From a virus: a stretch of 64,000 nucleotides of DNA. A model generated the notes under the pieces. It worked only from the letters and a program-made list of their open reading frames with translations. It had not been told where the DNA came from and made no database searches. Position numbers and translations under genes: made by a program. Positions within the stretch are counted from its first letter, which is position 1. Every line of letters begins with the position of its first letter. Shown piece after piece: positions 1 to 8,915 of this stretch. The stretch lies in IMG/VR virus record IMGVR_UViG_3300033074_002003. One strand, given 5' to 3'.

Positions 1-324
1 ATGGCGTGCCCGCGATTGACGATAGGTATGCGACAAACGAACGATTGAAGAGAGCGCCCTCTCGACTGTGTTGAACTATTGCTGCACAGCGAGACCCGGC
101 AAATCCGGTGAGGTAGTGAATTGCGAGAGCGCTGACAACGCCCGAGCGATTGAGTCCCTGGTGACACGTTACGAGCGCAGTCTTTCCCTCTCTTACTGCG
201 GCGGCAACAGCCTGTGCGGCAGAGTGCCAAGACGAAATCCAGTGCTCTGGGATGACACACTCCGCGTCGATCGAAGGTGCTCTGATCACTTGGACGCCCG
301 GGAATCCGAGATCCTGTGGTCCGT

Positions 325-1230
325 CTACTTGGTACTCTTTCGCACAGAGGACAACCACATCGATCCCGGAATCACGCAGGCTGTTTCCTTGCGGTGGGCG
401 AGGACCCTGGTAGATCCTCTGGAAAACCATATCAGCACTGTATTGCACTTGTCACTGGCCTTTTCTGGCTCTCGCGCGGATGGTGTCGAATGACTCCGGC
501 GCGGCGAGGTTGCCAGCATTGTACACCTCGCGCATGATAGAGTAAGGCACTTTCGCGGCACCATCCCGGAGAACAGCGCGCGAATCCTATCCGCGTCGCT
601 GCCCGATGTATTGCTCTCGTGCGCGCAGTAGTTGAAATACGGCCTGCGTCCCGTTGCAGCGTGCCAGAGCTCTCCCTCTCGCGCGATCTGCGCGAGCGTC
701 AGCTTTGCCCTGAACGGCACGAGAGCATTTCGAGCCTCGTCGGTGCTCTCATGGACAGAAAACTGCAACCCGACTGTCGGAACATCGACAGACAGCTTTC
801 TCATCTGCGAATAATCAACGTCGGGTGCACTCGTGCTGACAAGTAGGGCCGCCTTGGGATAGAGCGAGTGCAACTTTCGAACTGCAACATCGAGCTCTTT
901 CATGTTGAGCAGTGGTTCTCCCATGCTCATGAACATGATCTGCAGCTTATCGACCGCACTTGCGTCGATATTGTTCGCAGCGAAGAGGTGCGCGGGCTGC
1001 TCGACGATCTCGTCTGAGGTGAGACTTCGCACGAAGGAGTCGCCAGCACCGCAGAATCGGCATCCGACTGGGCACCCGCTCTGGGTCGAGATGCACATCA
1101 CCGTCCTCTGTTCGTACGTCGGGTACTTGTAGAGGACGGATTCGGCGACAGCATCACCTCGTTCGAAGACGTACTTCAGAACGTTGGCATCGGAGCTGCG
1201 GACGACGCGGGTAGAGTCCCAGTGTTTCAT
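325..1230 (-). CDS. radical SAM enzyme of the RlmN/Cfr RNA methyltransferase family; N-terminally short, and the last ~80 codons are compositionally odd so the C-terminal boundary is uncertain
   Basis: CPVGCRFC (CxxxCxxC) at aa 52-59; MSMGEPLL SAM-binding motif; LLVSTSAP and LQFSVHESTDEARNALVP resemble the RlmN STSG and SLHAPNDELR..LVP motifs. Confidence 0.55.
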   Translation of the reverse strand: MKHWDSTRVVRSSDANVLKYVFERGDAVAESVLYKYPTYEQRTVMCISTQSGCPVGCRFCGAGDSFVRSLTSDEIVEQPAHLFAANNIDASAVDKLQIMFMSMGEPLLNMKELDVAVRKLHSLYPKAALLVSTSAPDVDYSQMRKLSVDVPTVGLQFSVHESTDEARNALVPFRAKLTLAQIAREGELWHAATGRRPYFNYCAHESNTSGSDADRIRALFSGMVPRKCLTLSCARCTMLATSPRRSHSTPSAREPEKASDKCNTVLIWFSRGSTRVLAHRKETACVIPGSMWLSSVRKSTK

Positions 1231-1239
1231 TGCAGCCTC

Positions 1240-2271
1240 CTAGAACTTCTGCGCGAAGTGCGTGATGATGTGGAAGTGGTCCTCAAAGAAAGAGGCCTCG
1301 CTAGCGAACACCTCATTGAGTGGCATCCACCACGCTTTTTCGGCGTCATCGCTACCCCTGACACGCGGCAATTCGCCCGTGCCGAGATCAATTGCAAATG
1401 CGTGTGTGATCGTACGACCCCGGAGAGAGCGACCTGGGTGATCGAACACGTGAGAATCGACGATCGCAGATGACAGTTGCGCGTTTGAGACCTTGATGCC
1501 CGTCTCTTCACGAAGCTCTCGGATCGCACCGGCTCTGATCGTCTCTTTCTGATTGAGGAACCCACCCGGGAGCGCAAAGAGGCCCTTCCCGGGATTGCCC
1601 TTCCTCTTTACGACGAGGACGTGACCGCTCTTGAACACGACGGCATCGACGGTCACAAACATGGGCGGGAACGGAGCGCCTCTCCATGCTTCTTTGTACG
1701 ATTCGATGAAGTGAAACTCTTCCTTGAGAGCCTCAAACTTATCACTCTTGCTGAACTTGAGCAAGAAGTCCGTCACAGCCGCGGGCAAGTAGTTTTGAAA
1801 CTCAGCATCGCCGCGAAAATACAGCTCGCGAATCTCGGTCGCGCCCTTCACACCCTTGATCTCGTCCGTCTCAACGAACTTCCACTGCGGGAAGATGCGA
1901 AGGTAGAAAGAGCTGTCGTCTTTCTCATGGCCGAAAAGAGCTATCGTGGGTGAGGCGTGCTCGGTGGCACCAGTCGTAATTTCGCTCACCTGGCGCTGCA
2001 CCGACGTCACCCACACGTTGTCGTTGTAGAGGTGATCGTTTGCCAACACAAACCTGATGTGCTGCTGCTCTTCGTACGTCAGCGAGTTGAGAATCATCGC
2101 GCCGCGCTCTGCAGCGGTCCAGGGATTCTTGGTCGTCCTGGGTTTGTTGCAGCTACCGATCACAACAATCAGGGTCTCACACCGCTCGAGCGCAAATTTG
2201 ACAGACGCCAGGTGCGCGACGTGAAACGGCTCGAAACGACCGATGTAGACACCAAAATCAAACTTTTCCAT
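1240..2271 (-). CDS. nadM: bifunctional NMN adenylyltransferase / Nudix ADP-ribose pyrophosphatase (NadM-Nudix, NatV-like)
   Basis: N-terminal GRFEPFHVAHL nucleotidyltransferase (H/T)xGH motif; C-terminal Nudix box GGFLNQKETIRAGAIRELREETG. Confidence 0.8.
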   Translation of the reverse strand: MEKFDFGVYIGRFEPFHVAHLASVKFALERCETLIVVIGSCNKPRTTKNPWTAAERGAMILNSLTYEEQQHIRFVLANDHLYNDNVWVTSVQRQVSEITTGATEHASPTIALFGHEKDDSSFYLRIFPQWKFVETDEIKGVKGATEIRELYFRGDAEFQNYLPAAVTDFLLKFSKSDKFEALKEEFHFIESYKEAWRGAPFPPMFVTVDAVVFKSGHVLVVKRKGNPGKGLFALPGGFLNQKETIRAGAIRELREETGIKVSNAQLSSAIVDSHVFDHPGRSLRGRTITHAFAIDLGTGELPRVRGSDDAEKAWWMPLNEVFASEASFFEDHFHIITHFAQKF

Positions 2272-2392
2272 GACACACTCTCCGTGTATTAGGCGTCACT
2301 CGCTCACTGCAAGTATCGACACCAGAGCAGCTTCTCGTGCTCCTGACTATAGGATATGGCGACCCGTGAGTTTGTACACAAAATGCTCTAAC

Positions 2393-3511
2393 TCAGGACG
2401 CCTTTTCAGTATCATCCTTGGTTGAATCGAGCTCAATCTTCACTGCACCCGTCGGAGTGACCTTCTTGAACGCAAGCGCCTCGAAGTACTTCACTGCCTC
2501 CTGATCTTCAAGATTCACGGGTCCACCCATTCTCTTCGAAACGGCGCGACCGAACATTCTCTCCCAATCGCGGTGCTCGGGTGCCCTAACTTCGAGGTTC
2601 TTCTTCCAGGATGCTTCGATGACTGTCGGCGCAATTCCGAGCTGCTTCGCCTGATAGACAAGCGCATTTACGTCCTTCGGGAAACAGTGACCGCCATAGC
2701 CCCGCGAGCCGTCAGGACCCGGCACTGCCCAGTGAGAAGTTCCGAGCCGCTCATCGAGCCGAGCGTATTCAACGACCTTGTCGTAGTCGATATTCGCGCC
2801 CGTGGCATCGAGTGCCTCACAGATCTGTGACATCTCGTTCGCGAAGGCAACCTTCGTGGCGAGGAAGCAATTCGTCACGTACTTTACCATCTCGGCTGTC
2901 GTCGAGCTCGTCTTGATGAGCTTCACGCTCGGGAATGCAGACTGGAAGATCTCCTTCACCTTGTTGATGTGGGGACGCGGCCCGCCGAGGACGATCCTGT
3001 TCTGGTTCCTCATGTCATCGAGAGCGTTTGCCTCTGTGAGGAACTCGGGGCTGAATACGACGCGGAGACCTGTGCCGGCGTACTTCTTGTTCCACGCTTC
3101 TGTCGAGCCAGGTGGAACGGTAGACTTCACGACCGCGATGCGCGAGCCGGGAACTTTTGCAAGTTCATCGAGCGTTGACTCTACGATAGAGAGGTCGGCA
3201 GCACCGTCCTCATACATGGGTGTCGGAAGGCAGACGAAGTAGACGCCCGAGAAAAGGTGCTGTCTCTCACACTCTTCGACAAAGCCGCGCGTATTGGGAA
3301 CCTCTGCTTGTTCCGCGGGCAGAGTGTCGAGGCCGGCATTCTTTTGCATCTGCTCGAACGAGATAGAAGCTGCAATGAGCGCAGTGCCCCCCTCGGCGAC
3401 CTTTCCCATCTTGTCGTAGACAAACACGGTAAACCCGCGCTCATTCATGACAGTAGTGAGAGACCCGCCGACAAAACCTTGACCAATGATCGCTAGCGAT
3501 TGATTTTTCAT
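2393..3511 (-). CDS. ugd: UDP-glucose 6-dehydrogenase (makes UDP-glucuronic acid)
   Basis: N-terminal Rossmann IIGQGFVGG; catalytic-Cys motif GGHCFPKD; overall UDPG/MGDP dehydrogenase layout. Confidence 0.85.
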   Translation of the reverse strand: MKNQSLAIIGQGFVGGSLTTVMNERGFTVFVYDKMGKVAEGGTALIAASISFEQMQKNAGLDTLPAEQAEVPNTRGFVEECERQHLFSGVYFVCLPTPMYEDGAADLSIVESTLDELAKVPGSRIAVVKSTVPPGSTEAWNKKYAGTGLRVVFSPEFLTEANALDDMRNQNRIVLGGPRPHINKVKEIFQSAFPSVKLIKTSSTTAEMVKYVTNCFLATKVAFANEMSQICEALDATGANIDYDKVVEYARLDERLGTSHWAVPGPDGSRGYGGHCFPKDVNALVYQAKQLGIAPTVIEASWKKNLEVRAPEHRDWERMFGRAVSKRMGGPVNLEDQEAVKYFEALAFKKVTPTGAVKIELDSTKDDTEKAS

Positions 3512-4296
3512 TGTTCGTTCCTAATCCAGCTACGATAGCCCAACACTTCTAGCTCACCCTGAGTAACCCAACGATAACTCATTTGCTTAGTTTCAGCAAA
3601 TTTATGAAGCGCAAAACGTTTGAATTCAGCATTTTTATCACGACCCTTTACTTCTTCAATCGATACTCGATCACGAGTTACCAAGAAATCAGGGACAAAC
3701 ATTTTCGGAACGCCATCACAATTTGTGTATGGTATGCGAATACCATGACGTTTTGTCCACATCACAACAGTGACATCACTATCAAGTCTTTGCATGTAAA
3801 ACTTTTCAAGCATTGAATCATAGAAGAAAGATTCACTTGATTTTGATGATGTATACCAACCTTTACGCCCATACCCATTTGTATTGGGTATTGTCCCGTC
3901 AGCAATGCCGCGAGCTCGAGACTCTGACATTCTTTGACACGTTTCTGCTGTGTGGTGTTTTCCAAAGAAAGGATTATTTTCACCCGTAAAACGTTGGCTA
4001 TTTAGCGCAATTTTTCTACGAGCTTCTTCAGTGTGTGTTTTGCCGAAAAAAGAATTTCCTTCGCCTTTACGAGCTAAAGACATCTTAGCACGAGTTTCAA
4101 GTGATGCTTTCTTCCCACGTTTAGATGCGCTCAGCTTTGCTTTACTTTCAATAGAAAAATGCTTTCCGCGAAATGGATTGTTCCTTGTTGTGAAGCAACT
4201 TCGGCACTCTTGCTTTCGTTGTTCAGCACGTAAAAATGCTTGTTCACCCTTGTATGTCAACTCACGATTACATGTTGGACAATTTCGCACAAACAC
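3508..4296 (-). CDS. homing-endonuclease-like protein: N-terminal Zn finger, three NUMOD3 DNA-binding repeats and a C-terminal putative PD-(D/E)XK-like nuclease domain
   Basis: CPTCN..CRSC finger; repeats NPFRGKHFSIESKAKLS / NSFFGKTHTEEARRKIA / NPFFGKHHTAETCQRMS; C-terminal FVPDFLV..IEEVKG; local GC ~42% versus ~55% in flanks; ATGA overlap with ugd. Confidence 0.6.
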   Translation of the reverse strand: MFVRNCPTCNRELTYKGEQAFLRAEQRKQECRSCFTTRNNPFRGKHFSIESKAKLSASKRGKKASLETRAKMSLARKGEGNSFFGKTHTEEARRKIALNSQRFTGENNPFFGKHHTAETCQRMSESRARGIADGTIPNTNGYGRKGWYTSSKSSESFFYDSMLEKFYMQRLDSDVTVVMWTKRHGIRIPYTNCDGVPKMFVPDFLVTRDRVSIEEVKGRDKNAEFKRFALHKFAETKQMSYRWVTQGELEVLGYRSWIRNEQ

Positions 4297-4357
4297 ATTT
4301 AATCCCTTATCTTACAGTTCATGTTGAGCTCACTGTATATCGAGATGCTTCGAGTGT

Positions 4358-5020
4358 TTATTTCCCGCCGAGATGTTCGTGAAGGGCTTCTGACTCGTAC
4401 CTGTCTAGAGCACGCTCATATTTGGGCTCGCGCCCGAGCGAAATTTCTCGCACAGCGACAGACGACGCGAGCGACGGGCGGTGAAGCGTCGACTTTTCGC
4501 CGGCCTCGTTCAACGCAATCGCGACCCTGCTAGAGTAGCACCTGATGCCGCCGAGGATCGCATTCTTTGTGTCGTACCTCCAGAAGGAAGAAAGCCAGAC
4601 GTTCTTCAGAGACTTCTCGGCCTCGAGGTGCCAGTTCTGTTCAGAACAATCGATCACACAACCAGTAATGACGGTGTCATCATCGAGCAACAGGCAGTGT
4701 CGCCAGTCGTCTACGATGACAAAATCACACGATGCTGCGAAGATTTCCGCTAGCGCCTCGCGTGTGGGCTCGGGAACAGAGATGATCCTGCGCGACTTTC
4801 CCAGGATCTGAGAGAGCGCAATGAGTTGTGGAGAAGATCCGATTGCCACAACCAGCGCGGCTTCTGCCGCAGCGGACTTCTTCGCTGCTTTCCTCGCCGT
4901 TTCCTCGGCCCTAAATTTCTTGTTGGCCTCTCGAATCGCTTTCTTCTCGAGGCGCTTCTTCTCGTATTCTGCGATCCGCGCCGCCCGCTCTTCGAGAGAC
5001 AGTTTCACACCTCTGGGCAT
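4358..5020 (-). CDS. hypothetical protein with a basic K/A/E-rich N-terminal region
   Basis: ORF fits the operon phasing; no recognisable catalytic motifs. Confidence 0.4.
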   Translation of the reverse strand: MPRGVKLSLEERAARIAEYEKKRLEKKAIREANKKFRAEETARKAAKKSAAAEAALVVAIGSSPQLIALSQILGKSRRIISVPEPTREALAEIFAASCDFVIVDDWRHCLLLDDDTVITGCVIDCSEQNWHLEAEKSLKNVWLSSFWRYDTKNAILGGIRCYSSRVAIALNEAGEKSTLHRPSLASSVAVREISLGREPKYERALDRYESEALHEHLGGK

Positions 5021-5051
5021 GTTCAGATTTTACGCCGTCAGTGAGGTGTGT

Positions 5052-5822
5052 TCAGCGAAACCTATTTCTCATGATCGAGACAGCCTGTTCGTTGCTATCG
5101 ACCAAGATGCACGTTCGACCCGTATTCAGCGCCGCCTGTCCTGTCGTTCCTGAACCCGCAAAAAAATCTAGGACCGTCCCACCCACCGGGCAAGAGGCTC
5201 TGATCGCTCGCTCAACGAGCTTCACGGGCTTCTGCGTTGGGTAGTGCCCACCGAACTCCCTCTCTTTACTCTGCGTTCCGACAATAGACATCCACCACAC
5301 GTCTGTCGGATTTTTTCCTGCGGCCGCTCGGTCGGCATCTTTCTGCAGTCCGGGCGCCATGTAGGGAATCTTGTCAATGTCATCCCAGTTGAATACGTGC
5401 CCACCGAACGATTTCACGTACACAAGAATGTCATCGTGCTTCCTGGGCCACCGATTTTTCCCGCGCCCGCCGTAATCATAGGCCCAAATCACGTGGTTGA
5501 GGAAGTTGTGTCGACCGAAGATCTCATCGGCGACTGGTTTCACGTCAAACACCGAGTGATAGTCTAGGTGGATGTAGATCGTCCCACTGTCTTTCAATAC
5601 AGCGTGAGCTGCGCTGAGGTAATTTCGAGTGAATTGAACGTAGTCACCCACACTAAATGAGTCACGATAACGAACACCAGCATCCTCCGTAGATTTTTGC
5701 GTGTAACCGCAGTTGAAAGGCGGGTCGACGTAAATCATATCGATCGACTGTTTTGCGCGCGCAGACAGAAATTCCACACAATCACCGTGATGAATCTCTA
5801 GCGGCGAAGCGCCGCCACCCAT
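5052..5822 (-). CDS. beta-class DNA N6-adenine/N4-cytosine methyltransferase with no adjacent restriction enzyme; likely starts at the internal Met (MGGGASPLEIHHGDCVEF) of the longer ORF 5052..6053
   Basis: Motif IV IYVDPPF precedes C-terminal motif I FAGSGTTG (beta-class order); the upstream 77 codons are Arg-rich and overlap the ATP-grasp gene in another frame. Confidence 0.75.
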   Translation of the reverse strand: MGGGASPLEIHHGDCVEFLSARAKQSIDMIYVDPPFNCGYTQKSTEDAGVRYRDSFSVGDYVQFTRNYLSAAHAVLKDSGTIYIHLDYHSVFDVKPVADEIFGRHNFLNHVIWAYDYGGRGKNRWPRKHDDILVYVKSFGGHVFNWDDIDKIPYMAPGLQKDADRAAAGKNPTDVWWMSIVGTQSKEREFGGHYPTQKPVKLVERAIRASCPVGGTVLDFFAGSGTTGQAALNTGRTCILVDSNEQAVSIMRNRFR

Positions 5823-5845
5823 CTCATCTGGCGCTGGGCCTCTTC

Positions 5846-6646
5846 TCACGTGAGCACTTCTTTCCGCAGTGCGACGTACAGATCGAGAGCTTCGTTCATC
5901 GACAGCCCGGACTGTTGGCCGTCGTTCACTTCGACGACGATCCACCCGCCATCTTGCTTCTGTGCCACATCGACAGCAAAGAACGTGACGTGCTGCGCGA
6001 TGATCTCTGCAACAGATGCCAGAAATTCGGGTGGCGGTCGGGACGTGATCCACTCGGGAGGCACGTCTTCACCGTGCGTCGACCAGTAGTATCCCGTCGT
6101 CAGTTCTGTTGTCTTGTAGAAGAACGAGCGATACTCGCGTGTGATCGGGAGCCCGTGATCTGACCTGCAGTGTGTGAGCAGTGGGACGTACTCTCTGATG
6201 TAGATGTCCTGTTCACCCACAAGAGAATCGGCCGTGAGTCGTGAGTGGACTCGCACGGCGTCCTCGAAAGTCTCTGCGTACATGTGAGTGTCCCACAGAA
6301 ATTTCATCGAGTTCGTCGCGCCCTTCAGGACGAAAGGTCCCTTCGCGTCTCTTATATCCTGAAGCCTAAACCACGTCTTTGGCGTGAGGTCGCCGAGAGC
6401 CGTAGACCACTCGCGCATATCTGCACAGAACTGGTGTTCTCTGTATGTGTTTATGAGTGCACCACCGAGAAGTTCTATATCGTTCTCGAATTCCTTGAAG
6501 AAGGGCAGTGCAGAGTAGCGAGGCACGACAAAATCGCCAGGCTGTACGGCTGCGCGCTGGCGAATGACAGTGAATCCCGCCTGCTGCGCGGCCTCCCGTT
6601 CGTGGTCTTCTTCGCGACCCCCTCGCAGTAGCACTACAGTTCTCAC
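5846..6646 (-). CDS. ATP-grasp fold ligase-like protein
   Basis: C-terminal GGWIVVEVNDGQQSG resembles the ATP-grasp C-terminal strand (cf. RimK ..VMEVNASPG); ATGA overlap with glf. Confidence 0.45.
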   Translation of the reverse strand: MRTVVLLRGGREEDHEREAAQQAGFTVIRQRAAVQPGDFVVPRYSALPFFKEFENDIELLGGALINTYREHQFCADMREWSTALGDLTPKTWFRLQDIRDAKGPFVLKGATNSMKFLWDTHMYAETFEDAVRVHSRLTADSLVGEQDIYIREYVPLLTHCRSDHGLPITREYRSFFYKTTELTTGYYWSTHGEDVPPEWITSRPPPEFLASVAEIIAQHVTFFAVDVAQKQDGGWIVVEVNDGQQSGLSMNEALDLYVALRKEVLT

Positions 6647-7749
6647 AGGTGCCGTTTTGCGAGTGTCAGAGCAGAGGCGACGCAGGGACCCATGTCTGTG
6701 TAGGTGTACCTTCCCAGTCGCCCTCCGACTACATACTTCGGGTCTGAATCGGCGAGCCTCTTGTATTTCTGGTAGACCTCGCCGTTCTTATCGTCATTGA
6801 TCGGATAGTACGGGATCGCGTCGCGCGTCCACACTTCTGGGAACTCGCGCGTCACAACCGACGTGGGCAGGTTGTCCTTGAATTCGAAGTGCTTGTGTTC
6901 TACCTGACGCGTCCAGGGAACGTCGCGCTCTGTGTAGTTCACAGTTGCGGTTCCTTGCACATCGCCCAGGTTGACAGTGTGTTCGAACCTCAGTGTCCTG
7001 TACTCGAGCTCTCCATGAACGTACCCATAGAGCTTGTCGATGGGCCCAGTGTAGAGGATCTTGTCACACATCGCCTCGAGAGTGTGCTGCTCCTTGAAGA
7101 AGTCGACACCCAACTGAACTTCGATTCCTTCGAGCATGTTCTCGAAAATCTGTGTGTAGCCGCCGATGGGAATTCCCTGGTGCTTGTCGTTGAAATAGTT
7201 GTCGTCCCACGTGAGGCGAATTGGGAGGCGTCGCAGGATACTTGCCGGGAGCTTGTCTGGCGTGCGCATCCACTGCTTCGTTGTGTAGCCGTAGACGAAT
7301 GTCTCGTAGATCTGACGACCGACCTGTGTGAGCGCCCACTCTTCCATATTTCGCGGCTGTGGGTATCGCTCTCGGTAGCTACGCGTCACTTCTGCCAAGT
7401 GCATCTTCGCCTCTGCGGGCGTTGACACTCCCCAGAGTTGGTACAGCGTCATCATGTTGATCGGGAAAGAGAACATCTTTCCCTCATAGTTCACCTTCGG
7501 CCGGCAGACGAAGTGATTGAACTTCGTGAAGCGATTTACGTACCCCCACGTTTCGTCGTCGTTGCAGTGGAAGACGTGGGGACCGTGCATATGAACATGT
7601 GTACCTTCTATTTCCTTTGTGTAGCAATTACCACCGACATGTGATTGTTTGTCGATCACCAAACAACGCTTGCCCGCTTCCTTAGCCCTCTGAGCGAATG
7701 TTGAACCTGTAAGACCAGCACCAACAATCAGAAAATCATATTTTGACAT
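6643..7749 (-). CDS. glf: UDP-galactopyranose mutase (makes UDP-galactofuranose); probable start at MSKYDFLIVGAG
   Basis: Near-collinear similarity to Glf: FAD-binding DFLIVGAGLTGS, HVGGNCYT, HMHGPHVFHCND, YQGIPIGGYTQIFENML. Confidence 0.85.
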   Translation of the reverse strand: MSKYDFLIVGAGLTGSTFAQRAKEAGKRCLVIDKQSHVGGNCYTKEIEGTHVHMHGPHVFHCNDDETWGYVNRFTKFNHFVCRPKVNYEGKMFSFPINMMTLYQLWGVSTPAEAKMHLAEVTRSYRERYPQPRNMEEWALTQVGRQIYETFVYGYTTKQWMRTPDKLPASILRRLPIRLTWDDNYFNDKHQGIPIGGYTQIFENMLEGIEVQLGVDFFKEQHTLEAMCDKILYTGPIDKLYGYVHGELEYRTLRFEHTVNLGDVQGTATVNYTERDVPWTRQVEHKHFEFKDNLPTSVVTREFPEVWTRDAIPYYPINDDKNGEVYQKYKRLADSDPKYVVGGRLGRYTYTDMGPCVASALTLAKRHL

Positions 7750-8530
7750 CGAGTTTATTCCTGAGATACTGTACAAGATTATTTTGTGCTAGCTCACGCT
7801 GTGCTTCTAAATCTGTAATTCGGACGAGACGAATGTTTTGATTTTCGAACCACAATACTTGCTCTTGATCTCGAGCTCGCGTGTCTAAAATTACGCGATC
7901 GATGGGTTTATCACTCAACTGTATCGCTTCAACAGAACGATCCAGACCGTGCCAGAACACGCCGTCGACTTGAACATAGATCGTAGGCTCTTTGACTTTG
8001 AGATCAATTTCCCAACCGTTGATTCTGCTCGGCCATTCAACGAGATCTTCGCCGAAGATCGATGCTAGCGCATCACGCACGCTTCTCTCGATTTTGGAGT
8101 GTCGATAAGTTCCATTTTTGACGCGTGTCTGTCTTCCTTTTGCATAGTTCGCGGGCGAAAATGCATTTACTCTCCATTCATCAAATTTTGCTTTGCCTTC
8201 GCTTTCACCGTACTTGGAAATGAGCTTTTCAAGTCTTTCTTGATTTGTCAACCCAGCAGTACCGACCTTATTAGCAGTTTGCCATTTTGATCTACAAGAG
8301 AATCCACAAAATGCAATAGCACCCGCCGAAAGTCGCGCACCATTGATTCGTTGTGTGGTTTCTTGCTTACACTGTTTACACACAAACGTATAATCAACGG
8401 CAACCCATCCGTTCTTCTCTTGACGCTGCCGAACCCAGTAACTAGACAAACACGATTGCGAACAAAAGCGAAGTTTTCTGCCAATACCAGACGCGTCTTC
8501 AAAATCACACAAACAACGTGGACAGTTCAA
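7736..8530 (-). CDS. Zn-finger protein with a C-terminal Vsr/DUF559-like PD-(D/E)XK endonuclease domain (homing-endonuclease-like)
   Basis: CPRC..C..SC and CKQCK..C..SC fingers; C-terminal IYVQVDGVFWHG..DR..L...G..LVRI typical of DUF559/Vsr endonucleases; low local GC (~40%). Confidence 0.55.
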   Translation of the reverse strand: MNCPRCLCDFEDASGIGRKLRFCSQSCLSSYWVRQRQEKNGWVAVDYTFVCKQCKQETTQRINGARLSAGAIAFCGFSCRSKWQTANKVGTAGLTNQERLEKLISKYGESEGKAKFDEWRVNAFSPANYAKGRQTRVKNGTYRHSKIERSVRDALASIFGEDLVEWPSRINGWEIDLKVKEPTIYVQVDGVFWHGLDRSVEAIQLSDKPIDRVILDTRARDQEQVLWFENQNIRLVRITDLEAQRELAQNNLVQYLRNKLDVKI

Positions 8531-8549
8531 AGTGTATTCCCATATGTCA

Positions 8550-8915
8550 TCAGCAGTACCTCACGTTCCCGCTACGACAGCGGCCCACTTCTCTTCCCAT
8601 GACATTGAGTCGCTTCTCAATTGCATCTAGACGGATCACCAACATCGGATCGATCGCCTGCGGAGACGGTGGAATGTTCTCTGCGGGGAGCGCAGGTGCG
8701 GGATCGGCGGCGTCCTCTTGCCGTGCATCACCTTCAGCTGGTGTCAGATTGACATCTTCGGCTGAGAGGGTTGTTACCTTCTCGAAGGTCAGTTGGAGGT
8801 GTTCTTTGATCACGCGGGCTTGCGCTGCGCTGATTGAACCAGAACCGCTCGGCTGCAGTTCAAAGTAACCCTGTAGCCAGTAGCAGAATTGTTCTGGTGT
8901 CATTTGCTCTCCCAC
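8550..8915 (-). CDS. hypothetical protein (conserved small phage protein, MTPEQFCYWLQGYFEL N-terminus)
   Basis: ORF in operon phase; no catalytic motif. Confidence 0.4.
   Translation of the reverse strand: MGEQMTPEQFCYWLQGYFELQPSGSGSISAAQARVIKEHLQLTFEKVTTLSAEDVNLTPAEGDARQEDAADPAPALPAENIPPSPQAIDPMLVIRLDAIEKRLNVMGREVGRCRSGNVRYC

Noticed and set aside
68-537. Plus-strand ORFs overlapping the radical SAM gene
   Set aside because: They have no motifs and are antisense to a motif-rich CDS.
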